Positions 37,845-46,220 of a stretch of DNA of 64,000 nucleotides are shown piece after piece. The notes beneath the pieces were generated by a model. That model was not told the origin of the DNA, ran no database searches, and worked only from the letters and a program-made list of their open reading frames with translations. Location of the stretch: contig NZ_JAMOQU010000089.1 of NCBI RefSeq assembly GCF_027063845.1, forward strand, positions 7,604 through 71,603, written 5' to 3'. Each line of letters begins with the position of its first letter. Within the stretch, counting starts at the first letter, position 1. This DNA is from Thermococcus sp. GTDB lineage: Archaea; Methanobacteriota_B; Thermococci; Thermococcales; Thermococcaceae. The position numbers and the translations under genes were made by a program.

Positions 37845-38663
37845 TAGCAAACTTTTCTGGGGAAAAGTTTGACCAAAAGTGTTTGACTATTCAAAGTGTG
37901 GAGTTTATAGTTCGTGCACGTCAAGGAGTGTCTCTTGTTGGGAGTTTCTTTTTGACTTGCTATTCAGAGAGCGTTTCCTCCCCGAAAGGCGTCCGAAGGA
38001 CGCCGATGATAAGTTGAAACTATTACAAGGCTTGTTTTTAATGCTAAACTCGCGTTAAGTTCTTCAATTTGAAAGTGCACAACTGAGGTTTGCTTGTTTG
38101 GTAGACGAGCGCTTTTCGCCAGCCTTTCCCAAAGGCTGTGGGCAAAGTTTCATCAAAGTTCGTGATTCCTTTTGAAAAAGCCTATTCTTTGAGTGGATTT
38201 CTTTTTGAGTTGCTCTTTTGATGAAATGAATTCCTTTGAAAGCGCCTTTTACAGGGGGTTCAAGTCTTTGCGCTCCTTCGGAGCGCGGTTCAAGTAGAAC
38301 CCGCGTGAAAGAGGGTGTATCTTTAAAAAATTCAATCTTCAAGGGTCAGTTTAGAGTTTAAAATCCCTTTGTAGAGGAGCCTCAAGGAAGAATCACAAGC
38401 TTTTGGTGAAGCTTTTTCCAAAAGCTTCCTGCGCAAGCGCTGGCGGAAGATTAAGCACTTTTTAGAAGTGTAAGTTTCAGAAGGAGCTTCTATTATATCT
38501 CGCCTCCTATTGCGAGGGTTTTTCTCTCTTTGAAGGCACCCGACAGGCGCATTTTTGAATGAAACACTAATCAAAGGAGCGAATAGGGCCCTGCTTGAAA
38601 ACAGGGACACGCCCAAGAAAGGCACATCATTTCCGCCAGCGCTTGCGCAAGCAGGGGCTGATG
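37845..38663. repeat. array of tRNA-anchored hairpin-rich repeat units between convergent tRNA-Met and tRNA-Pro
   Basis: Forward units lie at about 37845-38160 and about 38160-38450. A truncated reverse unit at about 38490-38663 ends at the CCA of tRNA-Pro. Motifs: GGCGTCCgaaGGACGCC (37988), CGCCAGCCTTTCCCAAAGGCTG (38118), GCAAAGTTTCATCAAAG (38142), CTGCGCAAGCGCTGGCGGAAG forward (38429) and its complement (38631). Confidence 0.75.
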
Positions 38664-38741
38664 TGGTGGGGCCGCCGGGATTTGAACCCGGGTCACGGGC
38701 TCCCAAAGCCCGCAGGATGGGCCAAACTACCCTACGGCCCC
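38664..38741 (-). tRNA. tRNA-Pro (anticodon UGG), CCA encoded
   Basis: Acceptor GGGGCCG/CGGCCCC, anticodon stem-loop CGGGC-TTTGGGA-GCCCG, T-arm CCGGG-TTCAAAT-CCCGG. TATA AAAATTTAATAAGG lies about 30 nt upstream (38768-38781). Confidence 0.9.
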
Positions 38742-38885
38742 CTGCGGTAGGTGCATCACGGGTTGCCTTATTAAATTTTTCGCCGCTGAACTGGATGATG
38801 ATTTCACGTCAACAAAGCTAAAAGGAAAGAATGAGAGAGCTTCGAAGGCTGATATAGTGCATTCCAAATAAGGACAAATAAGGAG

Positions 38886-39185
38886 TCGCGAACTTTGATG
38901 AAACTTTGCCCACAGCTTTTGAGAAAGGCTGGCGAAATGAGTACCCTTCTCACCGAAGAGCAAAGGAGTCAATCGTGCACTGTTAGAGTGCAAGTTTAGA
39001 AAGGGTTTAATATCAAACAGGGTTTTTCAAGCAGTTCCAACTTTGTTATTAGCGTCCAAAGGACGCCGTTTAAAGAATGGAACACTCACCAAAGAGCACG
39101 TGAACAAGAAACCCACTTGAAAATGATAAATACTTCAAAAAAGCACTTAATCTTCCGCCAGCGCTTGCGCAAGCAAGGGCTGATG
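38886..39185 (-). repeat. tRNA-3'-anchored hairpin-rich repeat unit (copy D)
   Basis: A unit of about 300 bp ending at the CCA of tRNA-Leu. It is the closest relative of copy A (8698-8990). Confidence 0.8.
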
Positions 39186-39273
39186 TGGTGCGGGGGCGGG
39201 GATTTGAACCCCGGAACCCCTACGGGAGTGGATCTTGAGTCCACCGCCTTTGACCAGGCTCGGCAACCCCCGC
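39186..39273 (-). tRNA. tRNA-Leu (anticodon CAA), long variable arm, CCA encoded
   Basis: Acceptor GCGGGGG/CCCCCGC, anticodon loop CTCAAGA, extra arm CCCGTAGGGG, T-arm CCGGG-TTCAAAT-CCCCG. Confidence 0.9.
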
Positions 39274-39325
39274 GCTCGCGGGACTCCCGAAGAAGTGAAA
39301 AAGGGCTGAGTTTATAAACCTTGCT

Positions 39326-40015
39326 TCAGCGCTCCATCCTCTTGACTCCATCTTTCGTGCCGACGAGGACAAGGTCAGCTATGTCCGCGAAGATTCCGTT
39401 CTCGATGACGCCTGGAATGTTGTTGAGCTCTATCTCAAGGTCGAGCGGGTCCTCTATGCGGTGGAACCTTGCGTCGAGTATGAAGTTGCCGTTGTCCGTA
39501 ACGACGGGCCCGTCCTTCTTCTCGGCCATCCTCAGCTCGGCGGTGGCGTTGAAGACCTCTATCTCCTCCGCGATTGCGCGCCAAGCAACGGGAATCACCT
39601 CGATGGGAACGGGCATTCTCTGACCGAGCCACTCGACGAGCTTGGTCTCGTCAACGAGGACGACGAACATTCCGGCTCTGTACTCGATGATTTTCTCCAT
39701 CGTCAAAGCCGCACCGCGCCCCTTGATGAGGTTCATCTGCGGGTCAACCTCGTCCGCCCCATCAACCGCTATGTCTATCGCGTCAACCTCGTCGAGGCTC
39801 ACCACGGGAACCCCTGCCTCAAGGGCCAAGAGCCTCGCCTGGTATGAGGTGGGGACGCCGTAAACCTCCTCAAGTTCACCGTCCATGATGAGCTTACCAA
39901 GGTAGCGGATGAAGTAGGCGGTTGTGGAGCCGGTACCGAGGCCGACGACCATTTCATCCTCGATTAGCTTTAGGGCCTCCTTGGCGACGGCCTTCTTCAT
40001 TTCCTCAACGTTCAT
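39326..40015 (-). CDS. rpiA: ribose-5-phosphate isomerase A
   Basis: GLGTGSTTAYFI, DGADEVD and KGRGAALTMEK motifs. Confidence 0.93.
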   Translation of the reverse strand: MNVEEMKKAVAKEALKLIEDEMVVGLGTGSTTAYFIRYLGKLIMDGELEEVYGVPTSYQARLLALEAGVPVVSLDEVDAIDIAVDGADEVDPQMNLIKGRGAALTMEKIIEYRAGMFVVLVDETKLVEWLGQRMPVPIEVIPVAWRAIAEEIEVFNATAELRMAEKKDGPVVTDNGNFILDARFHRIEDPLDLEIELNNIPGVIENGIFADIADLVLVGTKDGVKRMER

Positions 40016-40019
40016 GAAA

Positions 40020-40391
40020 TCACCCCGTCACGTTGGTCACATTAAACACGCATTTAATCCCGGCCGTCCCATTGTGGACGACCCGGTAGAGGAGGCTCTG
40101 GTTGGAGTAGCAGACCGGCTGGAAGTTGATGGCCACCGAGTAGCTGAGCATCGTGAAGTAGAGCCAGAACAACAGCCAGCCCCAGAAGGCCTTCCTGAGT
40201 ATCGCCCGCTGGTCGGGAACGTCGGGCGGGAGCTCCTTGACGACCGCCATCACGAACTTGTCCACGAAGAAGTATAGCAGGAAGCCGAGTATCCATGCGC
40301 TCCTGTTGTAGTACGCCAGCAGTCCGCTGATTACCCCGGTGATAATGCCCCATATATAAACCGCGAACGAGAACTTGTACTCTATCTTCAC
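40020..40391 (-). CDS. hypothetical membrane protein (3 TM)
   Basis: 123-aa hydrophobic ORF 4 nt upstream of rpiA. No family recognised. Confidence 0.5.
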   Translation of the reverse strand: MKIEYKFSFAVYIWGIITGVISGLLAYYNRSAWILGFLLYFFVDKFVMAVVKELPPDVPDQRAILRKAFWGWLLFWLYFTMLSYSVAINFQPVCYSNQSLLYRVVHNGTAGIKCVFNVTNVTG

Positions 40392-40460
40392 GTCCTCCCA
40401 CCTAAGGGGCTCTTGTGGGAGAGATTTAAAACGTTATCGAAAAGGTGCAGAAAGGAAGGC

Positions 40461-42416
40461 TCACTTGAGCCTTATGGCGTCGAGGTTGTTGGGCGCGCGC
40501 GTTGATATGCCGAACTTCCTGTGTATGCTGGAGCTGAGGTCGAGGCACTTGTGGGCCTCGCCGTGGACGGTGATTATCCTTTCCGGCCTCGGCCTGACGC
40601 GGGCGACGTAGCTTATAAGTTCTCTCCTGTCCGCGTGGCCGGAGAAGCCGTCTATCGTGTGGACCTCCATGTTGACCTGAACGACCTCCGTCCTGCCGTC
40701 CTCGCCGATGAGCGGTATCTCGCGCAAACCTCTCTGAACCTGCCTTCCGAGCGTGCCCTCGGCCTGGTAGCTGACGAAGATGATGCTGTTCTTCGGGTCG
40801 GGGGCGAGCTGTTTGAAGTATTCGACGCTCGGTCCACCGACGAGCATGCCCGAGGTGGCTATGATTATCGCAGGCTCCCCGCTGTCTATGATATCCTGCC
40901 TCTCGCGCGAGTTGGCGACGGGTTTGAATATCGGGTTGAGGAACGGGTTGTAGCCCTCGTGGAATATCTGCTCGCGGAGGCTCTTGCTGAGGTACTCCGG
41001 GTAAGCTGTGTGGATTGCGGTAGCTTCCCAAATCATTCCGTCGAGGTAAATCGGAACTTCTATTCCCCCGACGCGCGCGTACTCCTCGAGAACCATCATT
41101 ATCTCCTGGGCCCTTCCAACGGCCATCGCCGGGATGAGCACCTTTCCACCGCGCTTGATGGTTTCTCTTATAACCTCTATGAGCTTCTTCTCGGCCTCCT
41201 CACGAGGCATCTGATAGTCGTTGCTTCCGCCATAGGTGGACTCCATGACCAGGGTCTCAAGGCGCGGGAACCTGCTCACGGCGGGCTCGAAGAGCCTGGT
41301 CGGAATGAACTTAAAGTCTCCGGTTACGGCTATGTTGTGGAGTCCATTGCCTATGTGGAGGTGGACAATGGCTGAACCGAGTATGTGACCAGCGTTGTGG
41401 AGGGTCAACCTTATGTCGGGGGCTATGTCCCTGACCTCGCCATAGTCGAGGGTTATGGTGTGCTTTATAACCTCCTTTATGTCCCTTGGTCTGTACAGGG
41501 GCTCGACGCCGTTCATGTGCTGAATCTCAATGAAGTCCTGCTGGAGGAGGGTCATCAGGTCCCTCGTCGGGGGAGTGGTGTAAATCGGCCCGTCGAAGAG
41601 CTTGTAGCGGAAGAGGTAAGGTAGCATTCCGCTGTGGTCGAGGTGGGCGTGGGTTATGATTATCGCGTCAAGAAGGCCCTCGTCAAGGACGTAGCGGAAT
41701 TCTGGAGCGTCGAAGTGCGGAAACGCTTTGAGCGGGTCTTTCATCGCGGCGATGTTCACACCGAAGTCAACAAGAACGTAGCTCTCATCGGTCTGAACCA
41801 AGAGAGCGCTCCTTCCAACCTCGCGGAAGCCACCCAAACCGGTAATCCTAATCCACCTGCTCTTGTACTCGGACTTGCGGTAGATGTTCCTGCCGACCTG
41901 CCTGAGGAACTTCCTCCTGTCCTTGCTCTCGGTCTGGAGAATCTGCCTTATCGAGTAAATCGTCTGGCTCTGGAGCGGAGGAGTCCTGACGACTCTCGGC
42001 GCCCAGTGAACCTTCTGCGTGATTAGGCGAAGCGTCTCGCCGTTTTTCCCGATGACGAGGCCGGGCTTCTTGGCCTCTATGAGAACTTCGCCGACTGAGG
42101 GGTCGAAGCTGATGTTGGTTATCTCGGCCTCCTTCGGGACGAGCTCCTTAATCATCTCCTCTGCCTTCTCGGGCGGAATCAGGATGTCCGGGTCAGGACG
42201 GACGCTTATCCTCTTCTTCAGAACCTTCGCGAGGTTCCTGATGAGGTCACCGTCCTTCATTATCGCCTCTGGGTTCTTGGTGTAGATGACGAGCTCCGGC
42301 CCCTCGAACTCGACGTCGGTTATCCTCGCGTTCGGCGGAACCATCTGGGCTATGACCTCGCGAATCTCCTTGAGTATCTCGTCAACGTAGGTTTCCCTCC
42401 GAATCAACGCCACCAC
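40461..42416 (-). CDS. fttA: aCPSF1/FttA: KH-domain beta-CASP metallo-beta-lactamase ribonuclease (transcription termination factor)
   Basis: Two N-terminal KH-like domains (VIGKNGETL), HAHLDHSG MBL motif, beta-CASP C-terminus. Conserved pairing with psmB. Confidence 0.93.
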   Translation of the reverse strand: MVALIRRETYVDEILKEIREVIAQMVPPNARITDVEFEGPELVIYTKNPEAIMKDGDLIRNLAKVLKKRISVRPDPDILIPPEKAEEMIKELVPKEAEITNISFDPSVGEVLIEAKKPGLVIGKNGETLRLITQKVHWAPRVVRTPPLQSQTIYSIRQILQTESKDRRKFLRQVGRNIYRKSEYKSRWIRITGLGGFREVGRSALLVQTDESYVLVDFGVNIAAMKDPLKAFPHFDAPEFRYVLDEGLLDAIIITHAHLDHSGMLPYLFRYKLFDGPIYTTPPTRDLMTLLQQDFIEIQHMNGVEPLYRPRDIKEVIKHTITLDYGEVRDIAPDIRLTLHNAGHILGSAIVHLHIGNGLHNIAVTGDFKFIPTRLFEPAVSRFPRLETLVMESTYGGSNDYQMPREEAEKKLIEVIRETIKRGGKVLIPAMAVGRAQEIMMVLEEYARVGGIEVPIYLDGMIWEATAIHTAYPEYLSKSLREQIFHEGYNPFLNPIFKPVANSRERQDIIDSGEPAIIIATSGMLVGGPSVEYFKQLAPDPKNSIIFVSYQAEGTLGRQVQRGLREIPLIGEDGRTEVVQVNMEVHTIDGFSGHADRRELISYVARVRPRPERIITVHGEAHKCLDLSSSIHRKFGISTRAPNNLDAIRLK

Positions 42417-42417
42417 C

Positions 42418-43026
42418 TCAGAACAGCGCTTTGAGTTCCTCCTCGCTCCACTCGCGGTAGCCGTCCTTCGTTACCGTCACGAGTGTAACCCCACCCCCCG
42501 TATATATGTCCCTGCGGGTGGAAGCTTTTATCGCCTTCAGGGCGAGCCTTATTCCATCCTCCAGTGAGAGGTCATCGCGGTAGTTCTCCTCAAGGATTGA
42601 GAAGGCGAACTCCATTCCGGAACCGGCGGCGGTGAACTTGTCCTCCGTGACGCCACCGGCCATATCTATCGAGTAGAGGCCCGGCTTCTCGTCGTAGCCG
42701 GCAATCAGAAACCAGCCGTAGTATGGCATGAAGCGGTTCCCGTGCAGGATGTTCGACGTGAGAGTGGCGAGGGCTCTGACGCTCATCTCCCTGCCGACCC
42801 TCGCGCGGTAGAGCTTTGCCTCAGCCCTTAGAAGTCTGACGAGGCTCAGTATGTCGCCAACGCTCCCCGCTCCTGCCAGGGCGAGGTGCTCGTCTATCTG
42901 GAAGACCTTCGTGACGCCCTCGGAAAGCACCATGTTGCCGAGCGATGCCCTTCTGTCTGCCGCTAAAACTACACCGTCCTTGCAAACTACGCCGACGGTA
43001 GTGGTTCCCTTTAGGTTCTCAGTCAA
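42418..43026 (-). CDS. psmB: proteasome subunit beta
   Basis: A short propeptide followed by the [19 protein letters not shown] active-site Thr. Confidence 0.95.
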   Translation of the reverse strand: MTENLKGTTTVGVVCKDGVVLAADRRASLGNMVLSEGVTKVFQIDEHLALAGAGSVGDILSLVRLLRAEAKLYRARVGREMSVRALATLTSNILHGNRFMPYYGWFLIAGYDEKPGLYSIDMAGGVTEDKFTAAGSGMEFAFSILEENYRDDLSLEDGIRLALKAIKASTRRDIYTGGGVTLVTVTKDGYREWSEEELKALF

Positions 43027-43128
43027 CTACAACACCCCTGGAGTTGGTTTTTAGAATAGAAGAACCTCTGAACCCCGCTTAGAGAAAGAGTATTTAAAGG
43101 TTTCGCCCCACTCCCTTAGGTGGTTGTC

Positions 43129-44295
43129 ATGGCAAAGGAAGTAATCCTTCTAACCGGCCCGCCCCTCAACGGGCGCGACGAATACCTGAGCGAGGCCCTT
43201 GAAAAGGCCAGCGGGGAGAGCTACGCCTACTACCACGTCTTCGAATACCTCAGGGAGGTCGGAAAGGAGAGGGGTGTTAAGATAACCCGCAAGAACGTCC
43301 TCGACTTCGCGATAAACCACCAGGATTTGATGAACGAGATTCGCGACGAGGCCTTTGAGAGAATCAGACGGGAGATAGACGAGAGCGACAAAAGGTTCCA
43401 CCTCGTTTCGACGCCAAGTCTCTTCCGCTGGGGGAGCGGGAGCGTCATAGGATTCACCCTCAGCAACCTTAAGCTCTTACGGCCCGACAGGGTCATCATC
43501 GTCCTCGACGACGTGCTCTCGGTCAGGAGGAGGATAATCAACGACCCGGAGTGGTTCGAGCGCTTCGGCAACGACCCGAACAACATAAAGCTTACCACTC
43601 TTGTAATGTGGCGTGAAGATGCAATAAACCACGTGAAAACATTAGTCCACGAGCTCAAGAAGGAGGGAATAAACGTCCGCTACGTCCTCCAGTTCGGCAT
43701 AAGGCACCCACCGGAGGTTTTCCTCGACCTGCTGTTCAGGGAGAAAGAGAAGCCCCTCGTCTACCTCAGCTATCCGATGACCGGCCACGAGGAGGAATAC
43801 TACCACCGCGTTCGGGGCTTCTACGACAAGCTGAGTGAGCACTTTACCGTTCTCGACCCCGGAGCTTTAGACGACTGGTGGGTCGTCGCCGAGTACGACA
43901 ACCAAGTGGCGAAGAACCCGAACGTGAAGAAAATCAGGATAAAGCACCTCCTTGACGGGAACGAGGTGGACGAGCTCGACAGGGAAGATATTGAGCAAGC
44001 CACAGAGATACTCAGGAGACAGCTCGTCGAGAGGGACTTTAACCTCGTAGATGTCAGCAGGGCCATAGCTGTCTACCACTATGCCGAGGGCGTTTCAGCG
44101 GGGGTCGTCAGCGAGATGGCTGAAGCGTACAGGACGCTTGCGGCGATATACCTCTATTACCCCTTCAAGAGAAGACCCAGCCCGTTCATGGAGTTCTACG
44201 GCATGCAGAACCCATCGAGGCGGACGATGTTCAGGGACGAGGACGAGATGATAAGGGCCATGGTGGATGAGAAGGACTACTGGACGAAGGGCTGA
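43129..44295 (+). CDS. two-domain hypothetical protein (kinase-like N-domain with degenerate P-loop plus a nucleoside 2-deoxyribosyltransferase-like C-domain)
   Basis: The N-terminal ILLTGPPLNGRDEY occupies the P-loop position but lacks GK[ST]. The C-terminal VYLSYPMTG ... DVSRAIAVYHYAEGVSAGVVSEMAEAY follows the YxAGPxx ... sDxvvA...S.G..xExxxA template of the deoxyribosyltransferase-like fold. This is a domain inference only. Confidence 0.35.
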   Translation: MAKEVILLTGPPLNGRDEYLSEALEKASGESYAYYHVFEYLREVGKERGVKITRKNVLDFAINHQDLMNEIRDEAFERIRREIDESDKRFHLVSTPSLFRWGSGSVIGFTLSNLKLLRPDRVIIVLDDVLSVRRRIINDPEWFERFGNDPNNIKLTTLVMWREDAINHVKTLVHELKKEGINVRYVLQFGIRHPPEVFLDLLFREKEKPLVYLSYPMTGHEEEYYHRVRGFYDKLSEHFTVLDPGALDDWWVVAEYDNQVAKNPNVKKIRIKHLLDGNEVDELDREDIEQATEILRRQLVERDFNLVDVSRAIAVYHYAEGVSAGVVSEMAEAYRTLAAIYLYYPFKRRPSPFMEFYGMQNPSRRTMFRDEDEMIRAMVDEKDYWTKG

Positions 44296-44357
44296 TTTTT
44301 CTTTTTACTTCCCAAGAACCTGCGGGAGAATTGAGAAGGAAATGAAGGGAGAAGAAA

Positions 44358-45623
44358 TTACTTCTTGACCCATCCGCGGTGTTTCATGGCCTCGTAGACC
44401 CTCTGAACGGCAACGACGTAGGCGGCGTCACGCATGTGGATGTTCTTCTCCTTGTGAGTGTTGAAGACGTCCCAGAAGGCCTTGGTCATCTTGTCGTCGA
44501 GCTTCTTCCTGGTCTCCTCAACGGTCCAGTAGAAGCCGTTGATGTTCTGCACCCACTCGAAGTAGCTGACGGTGACACCACCGGCGTTACAGAGGAAGTC
44601 CGGAATCTGGAGGACGCCCTTCTCGTGGAGTATCTCGTCGGCCTCAGGCGTGACCGGACCGTTGGCGACCTCGGCGACAATCTTGGCCTTGACTTTGTCG
44701 GCGTTTTCCTTGGTAATAACTCCCTCGATTGCCGCTGGAGCGAGGATGTCAACCTCGAGCTCGAGGAGCTCCTCGTTGGTGATGTTCTGGGTTCCCGGCA
44801 TGTCCTTAACTGAGCCGTGCTCCCTCTTCCACTTGAGGACCTCGTCAGCAGATGGGAGTCCGTCCGGGTTGTAGATGCCGCCCTTGCTGTCGCTGACGGC
44901 GACGACCTTCATGCCGAACTCCTCGCTCATTATCTTGTGGAGGTAGTAGCCGGCGTTACCGTAGCCCTGGATGGCGATGGTCTTGCCCTTGAGGTCGTCC
45001 CAGCCGAGGGCCTTGGCGGCCTCACGGATCGTGAATGCGGCACCACGGGCGGTGGCGTCCATCCTGGCGACGATACCGCCAACTCCCGGCGGCTTACCGG
45101 TGATAACACCGAAGGCCGGGCCCTTCCTTCTCATTATGGTCTCGTACTCGTCCATCATCCAGGCCATTATTTTCGGGTTAGTGTAGACATCCGGAGCCGG
45201 AATGTCGGTCCACGGGCCGATGACGTCGTAGACGGCCCTTATGTAGGAGCGAGCAAGCCTCTCCTGCTCCCTCTCGCTGAGTTTCTTCGGGTCAACGATG
45301 ATACCACCCTTACCGCCACCGTACGGAAGGTCAACGACGGCGACCTTCCAAGTCATCCAGGTGGCGAGGGCCTTAACTGTACTGAGAGTCTCGGCCGGGT
45401 GCCACCTTATACCACCCTTGGTCGGGCCGCGGGCCCAGTTGTGCTGAACGCGGAATCCGGTGAAGACCTTGACAGAACCGTCGTCCATCTCAACGGGGAC
45501 ACTGACCTCAACAATCCTCATGGGCCTCTTGAGCCACTCAAGGGCCTCTTCGCTTATGTCCATAAACTGGGCAGCCCTCTCGAGCTGCTGAACGGCCATC
45601 TCAAACGGGTCAATCTCGACCAT
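44358..45623 (-). CDS. gdhA: glutamate dehydrogenase
   Basis: Catalytic-lysine region [10 protein letters not shown] and dinucleotide fold [29 protein letters not shown] about 55 nt upstream. Confidence 0.96.
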   Translation of the reverse strand: MVEIDPFEMAVQQLERAAQFMDISEEALEWLKRPMRIVEVSVPVEMDDGSVKVFTGFRVQHNWARGPTKGGIRWHPAETLSTVKALATWMTWKVAVVDLPYGGGKGGIIVDPKKLSEREQERLARSYIRAVYDVIGPWTDIPAPDVYTNPKIMAWMMDEYETIMRRKGPAFGVITGKPPGVGGIVARMDATARGAAFTIREAAKALGWDDLKGKTIAIQGYGNAGYYLHKIMSEEFGMKVVAVSDSKGGIYNPDGLPSADEVLKWKREHGSVKDMPGTQNITNEELLELEVDILAPAAIEGVITKENADKVKAKIVAEVANGPVTPEADEILHEKGVLQIPDFLCNAGGVTVSYFEWVQNINGFYWTVEETRKKLDDKMTKAFWDVFNTHKEKNIHMRDAAYVVAVQRVYEAMKHRGWVKK

Positions 45624-46220
45624 TCATATCACCTCAGGCTTTCGGTAATCTGCGATATCCCCTACGACCTTTGCATATATAAACCTTTCGGGAAAGGAGG
45701 AAGGAGAGGGCTTAGTTTGCAACAAAAAGTTAGCATCTCAAATTTTCGAAGAAATAAAAAGCGCTCCCGAAATTTTTAGCCAAAAAGAGGGATGTACATC
45801 CAAGATTTTATGAACATTGGTGAACATTGAGGTGCAACGGTGAAGGAAAGAATAGAAACCCTCAGCGAGAAGTCGGTCATCATCCCGTCAGCTCACTCTC
45901 GTTCCAATCATCGGGCGACTCCTTCTTGGGGGTTCTGATTAAAAACTCTTTTGTGAACAATACTTCATGCTTTGTGTCGTCGCATTGCCAGTCCATTTCA
46001 AAAGGTTATTGTCATAATGACTCCAAACTCCGCCACTGAATAGGCATATCTGAAAAAATGACAAAAAAGGATTTCAGGTTATTTTACGACAAAGTAAATC
46101 GTCTTTCGTCGAAATAAAGGCCCAAAAAGCTTTTTAAACAATGATGTCCTTTATACGTAGTGCCCCGTTAGTGGGCATTCGATCCCAATAAAATACAACC
46201 CTGATTGGAGGTGGTTAAAA

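Noticed and set aside
37510-37850. ORFs 37510-37695 (+) and 37650-37850 (-).
   Set aside because: They are made up of tRNA-Thr, tRNA-Asn and tRNA-Met sequence, so they are not coding.
38240-38310. tRNA-like remnants in a repeat unit (GGTTCAAGT twice, flanked by GC stems), which would suggest a SINE-like tRNA-derived origin.
   Set aside because: The flanking bases do not form a 5-bp T-stem with a 7-nt loop, and no acceptor or anticodon arm can be drawn. The resemblance is limited to a 9-mer.
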